Program-made: the position numbers and the translations under genes | Notes under the pieces: generated by a model | What the model saw: the letters and a program-made list of their open reading frames with translations, nothing else | The model's database searches: none | What the model was told of the DNA's origin: nothing | NCBI RefSeq assembly: GCF_037042905.1 | Contig: NC_087245.1 | Span: forward strand, 43,152,001 to 43,216,000 | DNA length: 64,000 nt | Reading direction: 5' to 3' | From: Lytechinus pictus | Taxonomy: Eukaryota | In this document: piece by piece, positions 50,194 through 62,933 of the stretch | Numbering within the stretch: position 1 is the first letter of the stretch | Layout of the letters: each line of letters starts with the position of its first letter

Positions 50194-51515
50194 AATTTTT
50201 TTTTTGTCACGAAGACTTATGGGCCTACCCATCTAAAACTTTTAAGGTGAGAAGAATATGCAGCGTCAGATAGAGTAAAAATAATAAAACAAAATATTGA
50301 ATTGTATGAATTCAGTATGATGTGAACAACAAAGTGTAGCTTTTGGTCCCCCCCCCCTTCATAACATTAGCTTGTTCTTGCAAGCAGACGATCACTGTCA
50401 CTGACAAAGTGATAGGCAAAGAAACAAAATTTTATTTTAATTTGATCTTTCAAAATTATTTTACTGCAAAGATGGAGTTTAAGATCTAGACTAGAGGATA
50501 TTTTGAAAATTATCTATGATGTTTAATACTAATTTGTAATTTTTTTTTTCTTCAAATGAGCTGTGCGAGACTTAAAGTCACATTTTCAACTTCCTCCCAT
50601 TGCAGCATATATATATATATGCAGAAATTTCATTTGATTCAAAATGTGTTATTCAATGATTTTTCAAATATGGATAGTTTTATCATATATGTTGTGTAGA
50701 TCTATTGAGCAGCAGGTCAAGGGACATCATGTGCCCAAACTTAATTTACAGTCCTGACAGTGAAGTAGTAGTAATAGTAGTAAATCCAAGGTTTTAAATC
50801 CAGTTTTGTCCCGTGAACGGGGGTAGCTGGATTCACCTCACACCCACAGCAATCGCACTTACCCCCTCCACGAGAAAGTTCTTCATCTTCATATTTGTTT
50901 GCCAAATTAACAAAAATAAGTAAAATGGCCACTTCATTGTACGAGGCTCCCAATTTTTTTTTTGTCACGAAGACTTATGGGCCTACCCATCTAAAACTTT
51001 TAAGGTGAGAAGAATATGCAGCGTCAGATAGAGTAAAAATAATAAAACAAAATATTGAATTGTATGAATTCAGTATGATGTGAACAACAAAGTGTAGCTT
51101 TTGGTCCCCCCCCCCTTCATAACATTAGCTTGTTCTTGCAAGCAGACGATCACTGTCACTGACAAAGTGATAGGCAAAGAAACAAAATTTTATTTTAATT
51201 TGATCTTCAAAATTATTTTACTGCAAAGATGGAGTTTAAGATCTAGACTAGAGGATATTTTGAAAATTATCTATGATGTTTAATACTAATTTGTAATTTT
51301 TTTTTTTCAAATGAGCTGTGCGAGACTTAAAGTCACATTTTCAACTTCCTCCCATTGCAGCATATATATATATATGCAGAAATTTCATTTGATTCAAAAT
51401 GTGTTATTCAATGATTTTTCAAATATGGATAGTTTTATCATATATGTTGTGTAGATCTATTGAGCAGCAGGTCAAGGGACATGTGCCCAAACTTAATTTA
51501 CAGTCCTGACAGTGA
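50194..51515 (+). repeat. Near-identical ~570-bp direct duplication
   Basis: 50194-50764 matches 50952-51515. The spacer plus the start of copy 2 recurs at ~53798-54055. Confidence 0.9.
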
Positions 51516-51787
51516 AAAGTTAACTCAAATTCTAAATATGCTAATTAGGCTGGACAAAAATAATTGTGTGGTTCCAGTTCCATACCATAAATAACCCAGA
51601 AAGTCAGGTCGGTCGGTCGGTCAGGAAAATATTTTATTTTTTCATTAAGAGAAAAAAAATTGAGCTGCCTTGTGAAACAGGAGCAAAATTCGAAAACCTG
51701 TGGGGGGAGGGGGCACTCATGTACATGTATATTGTAGTACAGGGACATGCCGCTTTGATGACCCCCCTTTTTTAGCTTGTGTTTAAA

Positions 51788-52491
51788 CCCGACATAGCCT
51801 GGGCTATTTTGCAATTGTATATTATTAGGCCACCAAAATCTCGGCAGTCAACCGCGCGATTGCGGTGAAAATTGGCACGCATGTTGCCCATGACGTAATT
51901 TCCAAAATCATATCGCTAATTTTTTTCCAAAACAATGTAATTTCGTTAAATATGCTGATTAAGCTAATATGCATGAAATAAGATTTGTTGCTCTAAATCA
52001 CTGAATGAAGCTTCATATAGGCTAATTTTTGGTCTGAATACTTTTTGTAGTATTCTCAACAAATTTACTTGAAAAAAAAATTGCTGTATTAAAATTCATT
52101 TTTATGTATTTTATTGTTTTCTCAAATTCTTATGTTATGTTTTTTGACCTTTTTATTTTTATGAGTGTTTTTAATGAAATTCTTTGGCGCCACTTTTTCA
52201 GCCATAAAGATCATAAAATTGATTGATTTTCATCAATAAAGCAAAAATAATCACACACTTATGAAATAGCTGAAAACACAATTTGCAATTTTTGGTCCGA
52301 CGTGCAGGTACAAATGTGTAACTTTGAACCGCGTAACCAGGCGTCGTGAATTTGTTCTCAAAAGATGCGCGAGACTCGAAAGAAAAAAAATTGAAATATT
52401 GCGGCAAGAGCTCCTCGCGTTACAAATTTATTGCGAAAAATGTCAAGGGGTCCCGATCAAGCCCCCCCCCCCCTGCCCTGGCTACATAGGG
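51788..52491. mobile_element. piggyBac-like MITE, degenerate relative of 45889-46653
   Basis: TTAA(A)CCCGACATAGCCTGGG ... CCCTGGCTACATAGGG|TTAA, with similar internal sequence in the reverse orientation. Confidence 0.55.
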
Positions 52492-52856
52492 TTAACAGAT
52501 TCAAAATATCAAAATTAGAATATATTTATTTAAATTATTGTTTTAAAATTATAATAAAGTATAATATTTTGAATTTGATCATTTGAATTGGTGATAGGCT
52601 TTTAGATCCTATAGCAAAATAGTACACTATGACTGGGGCTTATTTTTGTAAATACATGTACATGTACTTTGTTTTTCAATTTCTATTTTTCTGCAGATTT
52701 CAAGTCCTAAAGACCTGATATCTCCTTGCCTCATCTTGGTTGGACATACACTACAGTTTGAATTTCCATCATACATGTACAAGGAAATAGTGATGCTTAC
52801 CACCACCACAGTTGAACAGGATTAGCAAGTGAGTGTTTCACACATAACTGTAACTT

Positions 52857-53167
52857 ATGGCAGCTGCTCCTAATGATGTGAACCAGGCTATTCTTGTGTA
52901 TTCATGTGTTTACTGTCAGTATCAGACAGGTAAACTAAATAAATACTTAAGTCATCTAGAGTACGTCCACCAAACAGAAAGGGGATTTAGCGTCACATGT
53001 GGGATAGAAGGTTGCCAAAAGAAGTATTCCATTGTTCGCTCACTTTCACGTCACATAAGAAGGAATCATAACATTAACATAGGCCAATGTGTAGCTATTC
53101 AACATGACAGGCCAAACGATAGTGATGGTGATGAATCCGATGATGGATACATGCATTTGCAGGAAGG
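52857..53167 (+). pseudogene. Two C2H2 zinc fingers, probable N-terminus of the element Z transposase (remainder deleted)
   Basis: CVYC...HLEYVH and CGIEGC...HIRRNH followed by an acidic tract. The ATG lies 29 nt after a GTGAGT donor at 52829. Confidence 0.6.
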
Positions 53168-53507
53168 TAAAATTCTTATATTACATGTACCTAAGACCTT
53201 CAGATGTAAATTGAGTTCATCGAAAATGGTATGTTGTGGAAAGGTTCAGAAATTTGGCGAAAATTCATCAATCCATTCAGATCGCAAAGATTCTCCTACA
53301 TAGATCCATATAGATTCTCACAAACTTTTGCGGTCTTTTCACAAATTAAATGCAGGAAACTGAAGATACTTGCAAATTCTTTTGCAGGAATCTAAATGGA
53401 TTATCCCAGCTCTCCACAAACTTCTGACCCTGGTGTATCTTGCTCCTGTATAGCATATTGAAGTGTTTCCTTGCTTTATATATGTGGTCTTATAATCACT
53501 GTTGCAG

Positions 53508-54375
53508 ATAATGGCTGAGTTCAAAAGACTGACGGGAAAGGATGCAAAGAAACTCATGCAAGATGGGTTGGACAAATATGCAGCTGCCATTTTGGAATGT
53601 GCATCAGAGATGAATCCTAAAAGGCAGATGGTGACGGGCAAAAAGCGTAAGTATTATAAAACCTGTAGCACAGCAGCAGTAGAATTCTTTCCATTAAAAA
53701 GCCCCAGTACATTTTTCCAAATAAATTTTGGTCTTCTTCAACAAAAAAAAAAAAATTGAATTGAAATAGTCTTTTTAACTACATCTCAAAAGTTGTAGAA
53801 GTAGTAGTAGTAATAGTAGTAAATCCAATTAGGTTTTAAATCCAGTTTTGTCCCGTGAACGGGGGTAGCTGGATTCACCTCACACCCACAGCAATCGCAC
53901 TTACCCCCTCCACGAGAAAGTTCTTCATCTTCATATTTGTTTGCCAAATTAACAAAAATAAGTAAAATGGCCACTTCATTGTACGAGGCTCCCAATTTTT
54001 TTTTTGTCACGAAGACTTATGGGCCTACCCATCTAAAACTTTTAAGGTGAGAAGATCATGTACTGGAGCTTCAAGTAGATAAATTACAGGTGACTGCAGT
54101 CAGGGTCAGAAATGTTGCAATCTGAGAATCCATTCTTACAAAGATTCTCCAGAGCAAACTCTTCTTGTTTACATGTACACACAAACTGAATGAATGAGCT
54201 TTCCAAGGACTACTGCCCCTGACAGATGTTAATATAATTTTTTTGTGAGGGAATACTAACAAATTATAGACGATGATGCTTTAACACGTGATCTAGCAAA
54301 TCAAAAGATAGAAACCGGCATAACGACTCACGAGCACATCATCCTTTTTTGAAAAATTTTACGTTGTTTTTCAAC

Positions 54376-54406
<31 letters not shown>

Positions 54407-56004
54407 ATACCAGCCTTTCACATCTGTGCAACTGTCAATTTTCTTATATCAGGTGTTGGAGAAATTGGAGCACTGCTGTTACTCACATGTATGCTGCATG
54501 AGAAAATAGAGCTCCTTCTTTGTCCAAAGGCCAAGGTATTTGCATTATAATATTTGAGCCCTAATTAATTATGCAGATGAAAATTAGTCAAAAGCTACAA
54601 TACAAAGCTCTTAAAGTCTACTACCAGTGTACCAAGTCTCATCATCATAGCTTATTTACTGTTATTGCAAACTATACTTTTCTGTTTTATGAATACATAA
54701 TTAGCCACCATATTGAGAAATGGATTTAGAAAAAGAAAAAGAAATTAAATGAAAGATGTTGGCTGAGCTGTTGATTCCCCAGATTTTAACATTAATATTT
54801 CATCAACTGAATGTCTGATTCATATAATTTTTTTCAGTTCTAGAATATGCAGACTAAGGACTATAACATATCTGATTTGAAAAGAAATCTACATTTTCAC
54901 TCTGACAATAGACTAAAAGCAGAACTTTGCTTATTATAGTTCAGATTGGTAGTGATGTCAAAATGTCTTCATGCGCACTCGCTAAAGTGTATTACATTTT
55001 ATCACTCGCGTAATTTTTTACAAGACTAAAATGATGCAAAAGATATCACGGGCGCACATCGATAGACCAGGGCCCCATCTTATAAAGAGTTAAGATTGAT
55101 CCGAATCAAATCGAAGTCCAATTCCCTATCTCCAATGTACAGAGTAACGATTGATATTAATCACAAGTGAAATTGAGACTGCCCTGTCTTTATAAGACAG
55201 GGCCCAGAGGTGACACCATTATTAATCTGAATCTGGGTCGCACTTTAGATTGTAGATTCTTAACACATTTATTTATCATCTTGCATAAAGGGATGGAAAG
55301 GTTTTAAAGGTTTTATAGTTTATTTTCACACACAGTGCATCAATTGTGGTGATGTAGTTATGCTCTTAACCATTTTCTAAACCATAGGGCCTATGTGATA
55401 TTAATGTACTTTTGGAAGTGTAACTTTGTATTCTTGTTAAGTGCCTTCGTGGTTCTGTGCAACATTAGATGCTTACCACCACTTGCAATATGATTGTAAA
55501 GTTATATTACTACAAGACCAGTCATTATTACATTTTGTTATTCCTATAGTAAAGAAAGTTCCATCAGCCTTACTGGACCACTATCACAAATTATGTCTTT
55601 CTGGATAAATAGATATAAAGAAGACTTTTTTTCAATAGGCCTATTCAATTTTTTTTCCTCCCCCCCCCCTTTTCTAGGAGTTGGATCCTGAAGAACCACA
55701 ACCTCACATCCACATTGAATACAATGGGAGAATTGAAGATGTTTTGGCTGCAACTGGGAGAGTGAAGGAGTTTGCAATCGTGGCTGAAGGAGAAGTAGTT
55801 GCTCAGACAAGTGAAGTCTTGAAGGCTGTGTGCATTGTGATGGCAGTACACTATGTGTTCAATATGAGTTACCACCCAAAGCTGAATGCCTCATTGACAT
55901 TCATCCAGAAAGTGATCATGAATATGAAGGATAGTAGCCCAAACCCAAAGAAGGTTATCAAAGTTTTGTTTCAGGTGAACTCCAAATTAAATGCTGCAGT
56001 TTAG
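53508..56004 (+). pseudogene. Last exons of SAMD3-like gene of element Z
   Basis: Exons 53508-53646 (IMAEFKRLTG), 54453-54535 (ALLLLTCMLHEK) and 55678-56004 (MAVHYVFNMSYHPKLNASLTFIQK). Phases are compatible. Confidence 0.7.
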
Positions 56005-56039
56005 CCAGTGAGAGAGTAACAAAATGGTCAAACCTTTAA

Positions 56040-57381
56040 AGACCGTATCGGAAGCGAAAAATGAAACTGACAAATTATACCCCAATGGAAAGCTTATAAG
56101 CTACAGAATACCACAATGCAAGTTTCATGCATTTTCACCACTTACCAGCAGAGTATTTGCTATAGAAACGCTCAAATTCGAGATCTTCGAAAATCGGCAT
56201 TATTGCTCTCCGTACGGGCCTGAATTCTCCGACGTCACGTTATGAGAACGAAGTTGTGATTACATGTGTTTGCATGTAGAAAAGTTTTATAATTTTTTGT
56301 TTTCCAGATTACAAATTTGAATTTTTTAAACAATTTGCACAGGAAAATAACGAAAGTATTTCGTGCTTTGTTTTCCTCATATTTGGCTATGACTGCTATG
56401 CCAGGCAGAACTTGCACACAATCTGAATGCAGATACAGATGAATAGCTACACTAAATAAGTGGCAAAGGAATGACCAAAATATGGTATAGAGCTGTAGAT
56501 TTCATCAATCTAACAGGAAATACTTTCAATGTTATTTTCGTGTGAAGATCGTTATAAAAATTTTGAATTCGTAATCTGGAAAACGAAAAATTATCGATTT
56601 TTTATACGTGCAAACGTATGTAATCACAACTCCATTCTCATAACATGATGTCTGAGAATTCAGGCCTGTAGGGAGAGCAATAAAACTCATTTCAAAGATC
56701 TCAAATACCCTTTTTACACAGGATTTTCTTAACCCCGGACTATCGCTAACCCCGTACTATCCTTAACCCCGTACTATTTTTTTTCCTTTTCACACATGCC
56801 AAATTGTTATCGCCAACCCCGGATAAGGAATGCTTGCTTTTCACACACGAAACTCGCTAACCCCGGACTAGTGGTTTTTGTCGATCATTCGTAGTACAAG
56901 TACTTCACTCGTACCTTTTTACACACGCTAAAATTTCCTTAACCCCGTACTATAGGTGGGGCTAAATTGCCATTTAGCCCCACCTATAGTACGGGGTTAA
57001 GCTTAGCCCACTTTCGTTTTACACTAGCGATCTTAACCCCGTACTATCGCTCTTAGCACCGCAATTGCTGGGATAACCCTGCTTTTTTGCAGGGCCAAAT
57101 AATCCCGTACTAAAGGTGGGGTTAGCCCACTTTGCAAAAATGCTGTGTAAAAAGAAAGTGGGCTAAGCTTAACCCCGTACTATAGGTGGGGCTAAATGGC
57201 AATTTAGCCCCACCTATAGTACGGGGTTAAGGAAATTTCAGCGTGTGTAAAAAGGGTAAGTGTTTCTCAAGCAAATACTCTGCTGGTAATTGGTGAAAAA
57301 TGCATGAAACTTGCATTATTGTATTCTACTTCTTCTTATCTTTCCACTGATGCATAGTTATTTTGGCTTCCGAGATGGTCT
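56040..57381. mobile_element. Kolobok-like fold-back MITE carrying a nested MITE
   Basis: TTAA|AGACCGTATCGGAAGC ... GCTTCCGAGATGGTCT|TTAA. Confidence 0.75.
56708..57256. mobile_element. TA-target MITE with internal AACCCCGTACTA repeats
   Basis: TA|CCCTTTTTACACA ... TGTGTAAAAAGGG|TA, with internal palindromes (CCCCGTACTATAGGTGGGGCTAAA..TTTAGCCCCACCTATAGTACGGGG). Confidence 0.85.
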
Positions 57382-58628
57382 TTAACCTAAGTTGATAGAA
57401 TGCTAGAGATTAATTTACACAAACGATATATAAATGTGCCTATTAAAGATCTAATTTGTTTTTAAGTGTTGATCTACAAGATTTTGCACAGAAGTATTCG
57501 AAAGGGGAATAAAGAAAGATATTATTGTGAAAATATGTGGTATCCCTGTACTAGTGGGGCTGCCATTTTGTTGATAATGTGAAGCTAGACTGGCCTGGTA
57601 GTGCTTCAAATTCAATTGGTCAATGAATTTTAAATTGTTGTTAAGGAGTATACCTAGTTAATTGGTGCTTGTTACTGTAAGGGTGATATATCATTGGTTT
57701 GACATACTTCTGTCTTGGCTAAAAATAAGGGGGGGGGAAGAAGCCATCTGTGATACCGATTTTGATAGTAAATATGATAATGATGCTAGCAATATTTTAG
57801 TCAATATTTCAAGCTTTGTAAAATTACACTTGGAAAATAATAGCTCTGATGAACATAATTGCCACTTCCAATTTTGGGGACACTGAAGTTAAAGGTTTAT
57901 TAAGCAATATTTTGAAATGATTTGTCTTCAATCTGATGTATCAGGGAGGTAAATATCAGGTTAGTTAACCTGGTGGGAAGTTGCCCAAACAGTAAATTAC
58001 TTTTCCCATCCAGTAAATTAAACCTGCCCATTGCCCCACATTGCCCTCCCAGTAGATTATCTTACCCCCAGAAAAGAAGCCATCACAATGATTGAAGATG
58101 GCCAAATTAGACCCAAGTTTTTGCCAAATTGTATAAATCTGAGTGAGAAACTCCCTTGGACATGTCGGCCACCCCAAAATAGGCCTTAAGTATGTTAATG
58201 TCCGAGTTCATTGGACAGCTCATATCAAAACCTACTGCCCACAGAACCTGTATTACGTATTAGGGGATGTTAGTATTCAGAAAGGCTCAAGGCTTAATAT
58301 CTGAATTTCGGAAATAAAAAACACACTTTTTTGGTATAAGGGCACTTAAAAATTCAGCCTGCCCACATTTTGGGGCAAAAAATAGTAAGAATTACCCACC
58401 CAGTAATTTTTCTTAATTACCCCCCTCCATGGTTAGAACTTCCAAATTTTGTATCCAAAGAGTGCACTGATTTATACTACATTCTGCAGGCCCTTAAATT
58501 CGGCAAGAACCTGTTCTCGTAAACTTGCTTGCAAGAATCTTACTTGGTTTTCATGGACACATGTCCGTTTATATGTTGATTTTAGCATTTTGGCAAGTTC
58601 CTGCGGTCGACTGCAAATTTCAAGGCCT

Positions 58629-58853
58629 GGGGGGGGGGGTTTCACAAAGAGTTAAGTTTGACTTCGAGTCATGCTTAAGCGCCAATGCGCACCCAGTATT
58701 TAACACGTAATCTCATTGATAGATTTCTCCATAGCATGCGTCCAATGAGCATGATCTGACCGATGCGGTGATGCATAATATACAACACTCACCTAGGACT
58801 TAAAGTGTGACTGTAAGTCAAACTTAACTCTTTGTGAAATGCCCCCCCCCCCC
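58629..58853. mobile_element. Small MITE
   Basis: TIR TTTCACAAAGAGTTAAGTTTGACTT / AAGTCAAACTTAACTCTTTGTGAAA bounded by G and C runs. Confidence 0.7.
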
Positions 58854-59247
58854 GAACTTGGCAGTTGATTTTATGGTTCAATGTTGTTACACTGCATGTA
58901 TTGATTGATTTCACATTATTGATCTGCTACAACATAGATATGTAGATATTCCTGTTTTGAAAATTTGCATTTGTAATACATACAGTTAAAATACTTTAAG
59001 TGTTATATTTCAGGACTTTGAAATCAAATCTAGATTAGAACTCAGAGAGGTGGAAAAGATGAAGATACAGATGATTTACATAAAAATTGCTTGCATAAGT
59101 TGTGGATGTACAATTCATGTGACTTTTGAGCTGGATTCCGTCTGATACCCCAGGACAGTTATAAAAAGTGCTTGGATGTGAAAGGTAGTGATAACAGTTT
59201 AATCATTCATATTTATGGTGTTTAAATGGATTCCAAAAGTTACTTAA

Positions 59248-60100
59248 GTACCAGATCGCAAGCCAAAACAACTATACATTAGTGGAAAGCTAAAAGGAAG
59301 TGGAATACAACAATACATTTTCATTGCTTACCAGCAGAGTATTTGCTTAGAAATATTCACATTGGAGAATTTCAAAAATTGGCTTTATTGCTCTCATCAC
59401 GGGCCTGAATTCTCTGACATTACGCTATGAAATGGAGTTGTGATTACATGCATTTGCACATAGAAAAAAAAATCGATTTAAAAAAAAAAAAAAAAAATCC
59501 AGATTACGGATTCGAATTTTTTAACGATTTTCAAATGAAAATAACATTGAAAGTATTTCCTGCTTGAATTGATGAAACCTACAGCTCTAGACCATATTTT
59601 TTGTCATTTCTTTTTTTGCTGCTTATTTGGTGCAGCTATTTATCTGTACTAGTATCTGCATTCAGATTGTGTGCAACAGTTTTGCCTGGCAAAGCAGTCA
59701 TAGCCAAATAAGAAGCAAACAAAGAAATGACTAAAAATATGGTCTGCAGCTGTAGGTTTCATCCATTTAAGCACGAAATACTTTCAATGTTATTTTCCTT
59801 TGAAAGTGGTTAGAAAAATTTGAATTCGTAATCTGGAAAAAAAAATAATAATTGAACTTTCTACAAGCAAACAGATGTAATCACAAGCCCGCTCTCATAG
59901 CGTGACGTCATATATATCAGGCCCTTGAGGACAGCAATAAAGCTTATTTTTGAAGCTCTTGAATTTGAGTGTTTCTATAGCAAATGCTGTGCTGGCAAGC
60001 GGTGAAAATGCATGAAACTTGCATTGTGGTATTCTGTAGCTTATAGGCTTTCCATTGGTGTATAATTTGTCAATTTCATTTTTCGCTTCCGACATGGTCT
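59248..60100. mobile_element. Second copy of the 56040 MITE family, inverted
   Basis: Ends TTTCGCTTCCGACATGGTCT|TTAA, the reverse complement of the 56040 start. The left end is degenerate after TTAA. Confidence 0.7.
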
Positions 60101-60945
60101 TTAAGTTAAACATGTTCAAATTCATCAAAATGAATAATATTTACTTGAATATCAGATGGAAGAGTGTTTCATTCTAAAGCACCTCTATATTGGAGTGTGC
60201 ATCTACCACAATTGTTTTTTCCAAGAGGAAGAACAAGAGAATTAAAAGATTGACTGAAAATGTTACCACTACCTGCATTATTATGCAAACTTATTTGAGA
60301 CATGTATACCTAAACAATGGATTTTGATTATGCTTCTCTGTACGTATACTTCTCAGAGAAAATTGAATAAGCTAATAAGTTTATTGGTCTCTTTTTTTCA
60401 TATGAAAATACAAGTTACATAATTTCAAATTCAATGTTTGAAAATAAAATATTTTATGCGTTATTGTCAATAAAATGCCATTCATAACTTGACAAAAGAA
60501 CCGTGATTTGTGAATCATTGACTCATTTTAACTTGACTCACTTGATGTACGAAAACAAATCTGTTGACTCACCTCAAGTGGGTCATTTGACTCACAAAAT
60601 TTTTAAAAGGGTCATCTGGGGGACAAAATCAAAACCCGGCCACATGAGTCATTTGACCTACTAAGGTGGGTCTAAGGACTTACTTAAGTAGGTCTGTGGA
60701 CTCATCTTAAACTCATGTGGGTCCTATGACCCACCTTAAGTGGGGTTAGTTGGGTGGAGCGATCCATATAGTGTATCATGTGACACACATATGTGTGACT
60801 TGTGACACACAAGGGCCAATTAAATATGTCGTGTGACTCACTTCAAGTGTGTCATTTGACTCACATTAATCGTAAAGGGGGTCACCTGGGGGACAAACTT
60901 GAAACTCACGTAAGTGAGTCATTTGACTTGGAAAAGTTTTCAGTG

Positions 60946-62517
60946 TATGAGACAGGAAACCCCCTTGGGATCCAGGAAAGGCGAACATAAACTGGTTGCA
61001 TTTTACATCAGTGTCTTAAGCTTACCAATAAAATATCAGGCTTCACTAAATAACATTCTGCTTCCTGCATGTGCCAAGAGGAAAGTTGTTAACAAATATG
61101 GTATAGACAGTGTTTTGTCAGCAATAGTGGACGATCTCCAGGTGCTTGAAAAGGAAGGTCTTGAAATTTCAAGCACTGACTTCAAAGGGATTGTAAAACC
61201 TGTTTCATTTCAGGTTATTGGTGACAATCTGGGTCTCCATGAATTGCTTGGGTTTGTGGGAAGTTTCAGTGCTAATTATCCTTGTCGCTTTTGTAAGGCC
61301 CCAAAGGAAATCATCCGTAGACAGCTCACCCCCGACTCGGCACTTCTACGGAGCAAAGAGACCTTTCATGAGGATCTTGCCCTTGATGATACATCAAGAA
61401 CTGGAATGAAACGTTAATCAGAACTGAATAATCTAGAGCAATTTCATATCAATGAAAACTATGCACCAGATATTACTCACGACTTCTTGGAAGGAATCAT
61501 GCCATTAGAAGTCAAACTGGTCTTGAATTCACTCATTGACAAAGAACAGGTTACACTTCAACAGGTGAATGACCGCATATCTTCCTTTAACTATGGGTTT
61601 GTAGACAAAAAAAAAAAAAGTCCTATCCCGCAATCGGCGCTGAAGAATCCTCGTGGAGCTAGCGGTCAAAAAGCTGCATAGATGCGATGCCTGTATCTTC
61701 CCATCATGCTTGGAGATTTGATTGATGAGTCATCAGATGAATGGGAAGTTCTACTATTGGCTGTAAATATTTACAAGATTGTAGTAGCCCCATACATCAC
61801 CAGATCAGCTACTTTTTTCTTGAAGGCCCTCATTAAGGACCACCATCAACTGTTTCTTCAAGTGTTTGATGGATCTCTTATTCCAAAACATCATTTTGTT
61901 GTCCACTATCCTCAGTTGATTAGGTTACTTGGCCCACTTGAACAATACTCAACAATTAGGAAAGAAGCGAAACACAAACCTTTTAAGAGTTGGGCGCGTG
62001 CTTGCAATAACTACAAAAATGTGGCCAAGACTGTATCAAGGAGACATCAAGAACAACAAAGCTATGTGTTTCTCCAAGGAAAGACCCTTTCTTCTGAGAT
62101 GGACATAAAGAATCAGTTTCCAGCCCATATATCAACATTTGAAGAAGCACAACATATTTTGCTACACTTGATTGTTCACAAGATGAATTCATCCATGTAG
62201 CAGATAAACTGACTGTTCACAGCTATGAGTTTAAGCTGGGGTGTTTGGTGTTGACAGAATGGGATAAAAATGGATCCGTGTGTGCTCAACTAAAGAATAT
62301 GATCATACACAAGGCAGTTGCCCTGTTTGTCTTGCTTGTGTACGAAACAGAATACCACCACAGACATCTACAGGCATATGCTGTGTCAGAATGTGTGGGT
62401 CGAATCAAATTCATGGAACCATTAGATCTTCTAGTGCCTCGTCCTTTGCATATGGTTCGATCACTTGATGTTAATGACAAGTTCAATTATATCATTACAC
62501 CATTCCAAATTGTATAA
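60946..62517 (+). pseudogene. CACTA/EnSpm transposase Y, 5'-truncated by element Z, with stops and frameshifts
   Basis: YETGNPLGSRKGEHKL, GDNLGLHELLGFVGSFSANYPCRFC, DITHDFLEG and IPKHHFVVHYP..IRLLGPL..RKEAKH. Colinear with transposase A. Confidence 0.85.
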
Positions 62518-62549
62518 ATATGAACCCTAGGAATTTCCATTAATCACAG

Positions 62550-62933
62550 GTTCAAGAGCAGCAAGCACAGGACCTGGTGTCATTACCAGCTAATTTACAG
62601 CTACCAGTAACCCTAGTCATGTACGAGATGAACTTACCAACAGCATCACCATCATCATCGTCATCATCGTTATCCTTCACCAACTACTCAGCAGCTACTT
62701 AAAACCACCTACATCTGGGGGATTATGCTATCTGCAGCACTGATGAGGCAATTTCAATCCCATCTACATCAGGATCTTCACCATTGTATTCAGAACCACC
62801 ATCAGATTCCTGTCCATCGGGGCCAGATCCTGGCCCATCTACTTCAGCTAAGTCTGCTAAGCTAAGTCAACGGTCATCAGCAGAAGGACCAAATACACCC
62901 CCACCACTTAAGAGACAGAAGGCTTGTTTGTTT
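62550..62933 (+). pseudogene. Ser/Pro-rich exon 3 of element Y accessory gene (disrupted)
   Basis: CAG acceptor 33 nt after the transposase stop. Ends KACLF|GTGAGT like exon 3 of gene A (RACTNF|GTAAGT). Contains an internal stop or frameshift. Confidence 0.55.

Larger units (their letters stand above)
49050..60945 (+). mobile_element. Two-ended, internally deleted CACTA element Z (11.9 kb)
   Basis: TIR CACTGAAAACTTTTCCGAGTC versus rc of the right end CACTGAAAACTTTTCCAAGTC (20/21). TGACTCA/GACCCA subterminal arrays at both ends. Contains a zinc-finger ORF and SAMD3-like exons but no transposase core. Confidence 0.9.

Noticed and set aside
56720-57240. CRISPR-like appearance of repeated AACCCCGTACTA motifs, and of the 40069-40650 hairpin units
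   Set aside because: Irregular spacing, both orientations or non-unique spacers, enclosure in TIR elements, eukaryotic context and no cas genes.
56024-60128. Paired ORFs 56024-56245 (+) and 59895-60128 (-); likewise 50741-50968 and 53786-54010
   Set aside because: Translations of repeated MITE or duplicated non-coding sequence.
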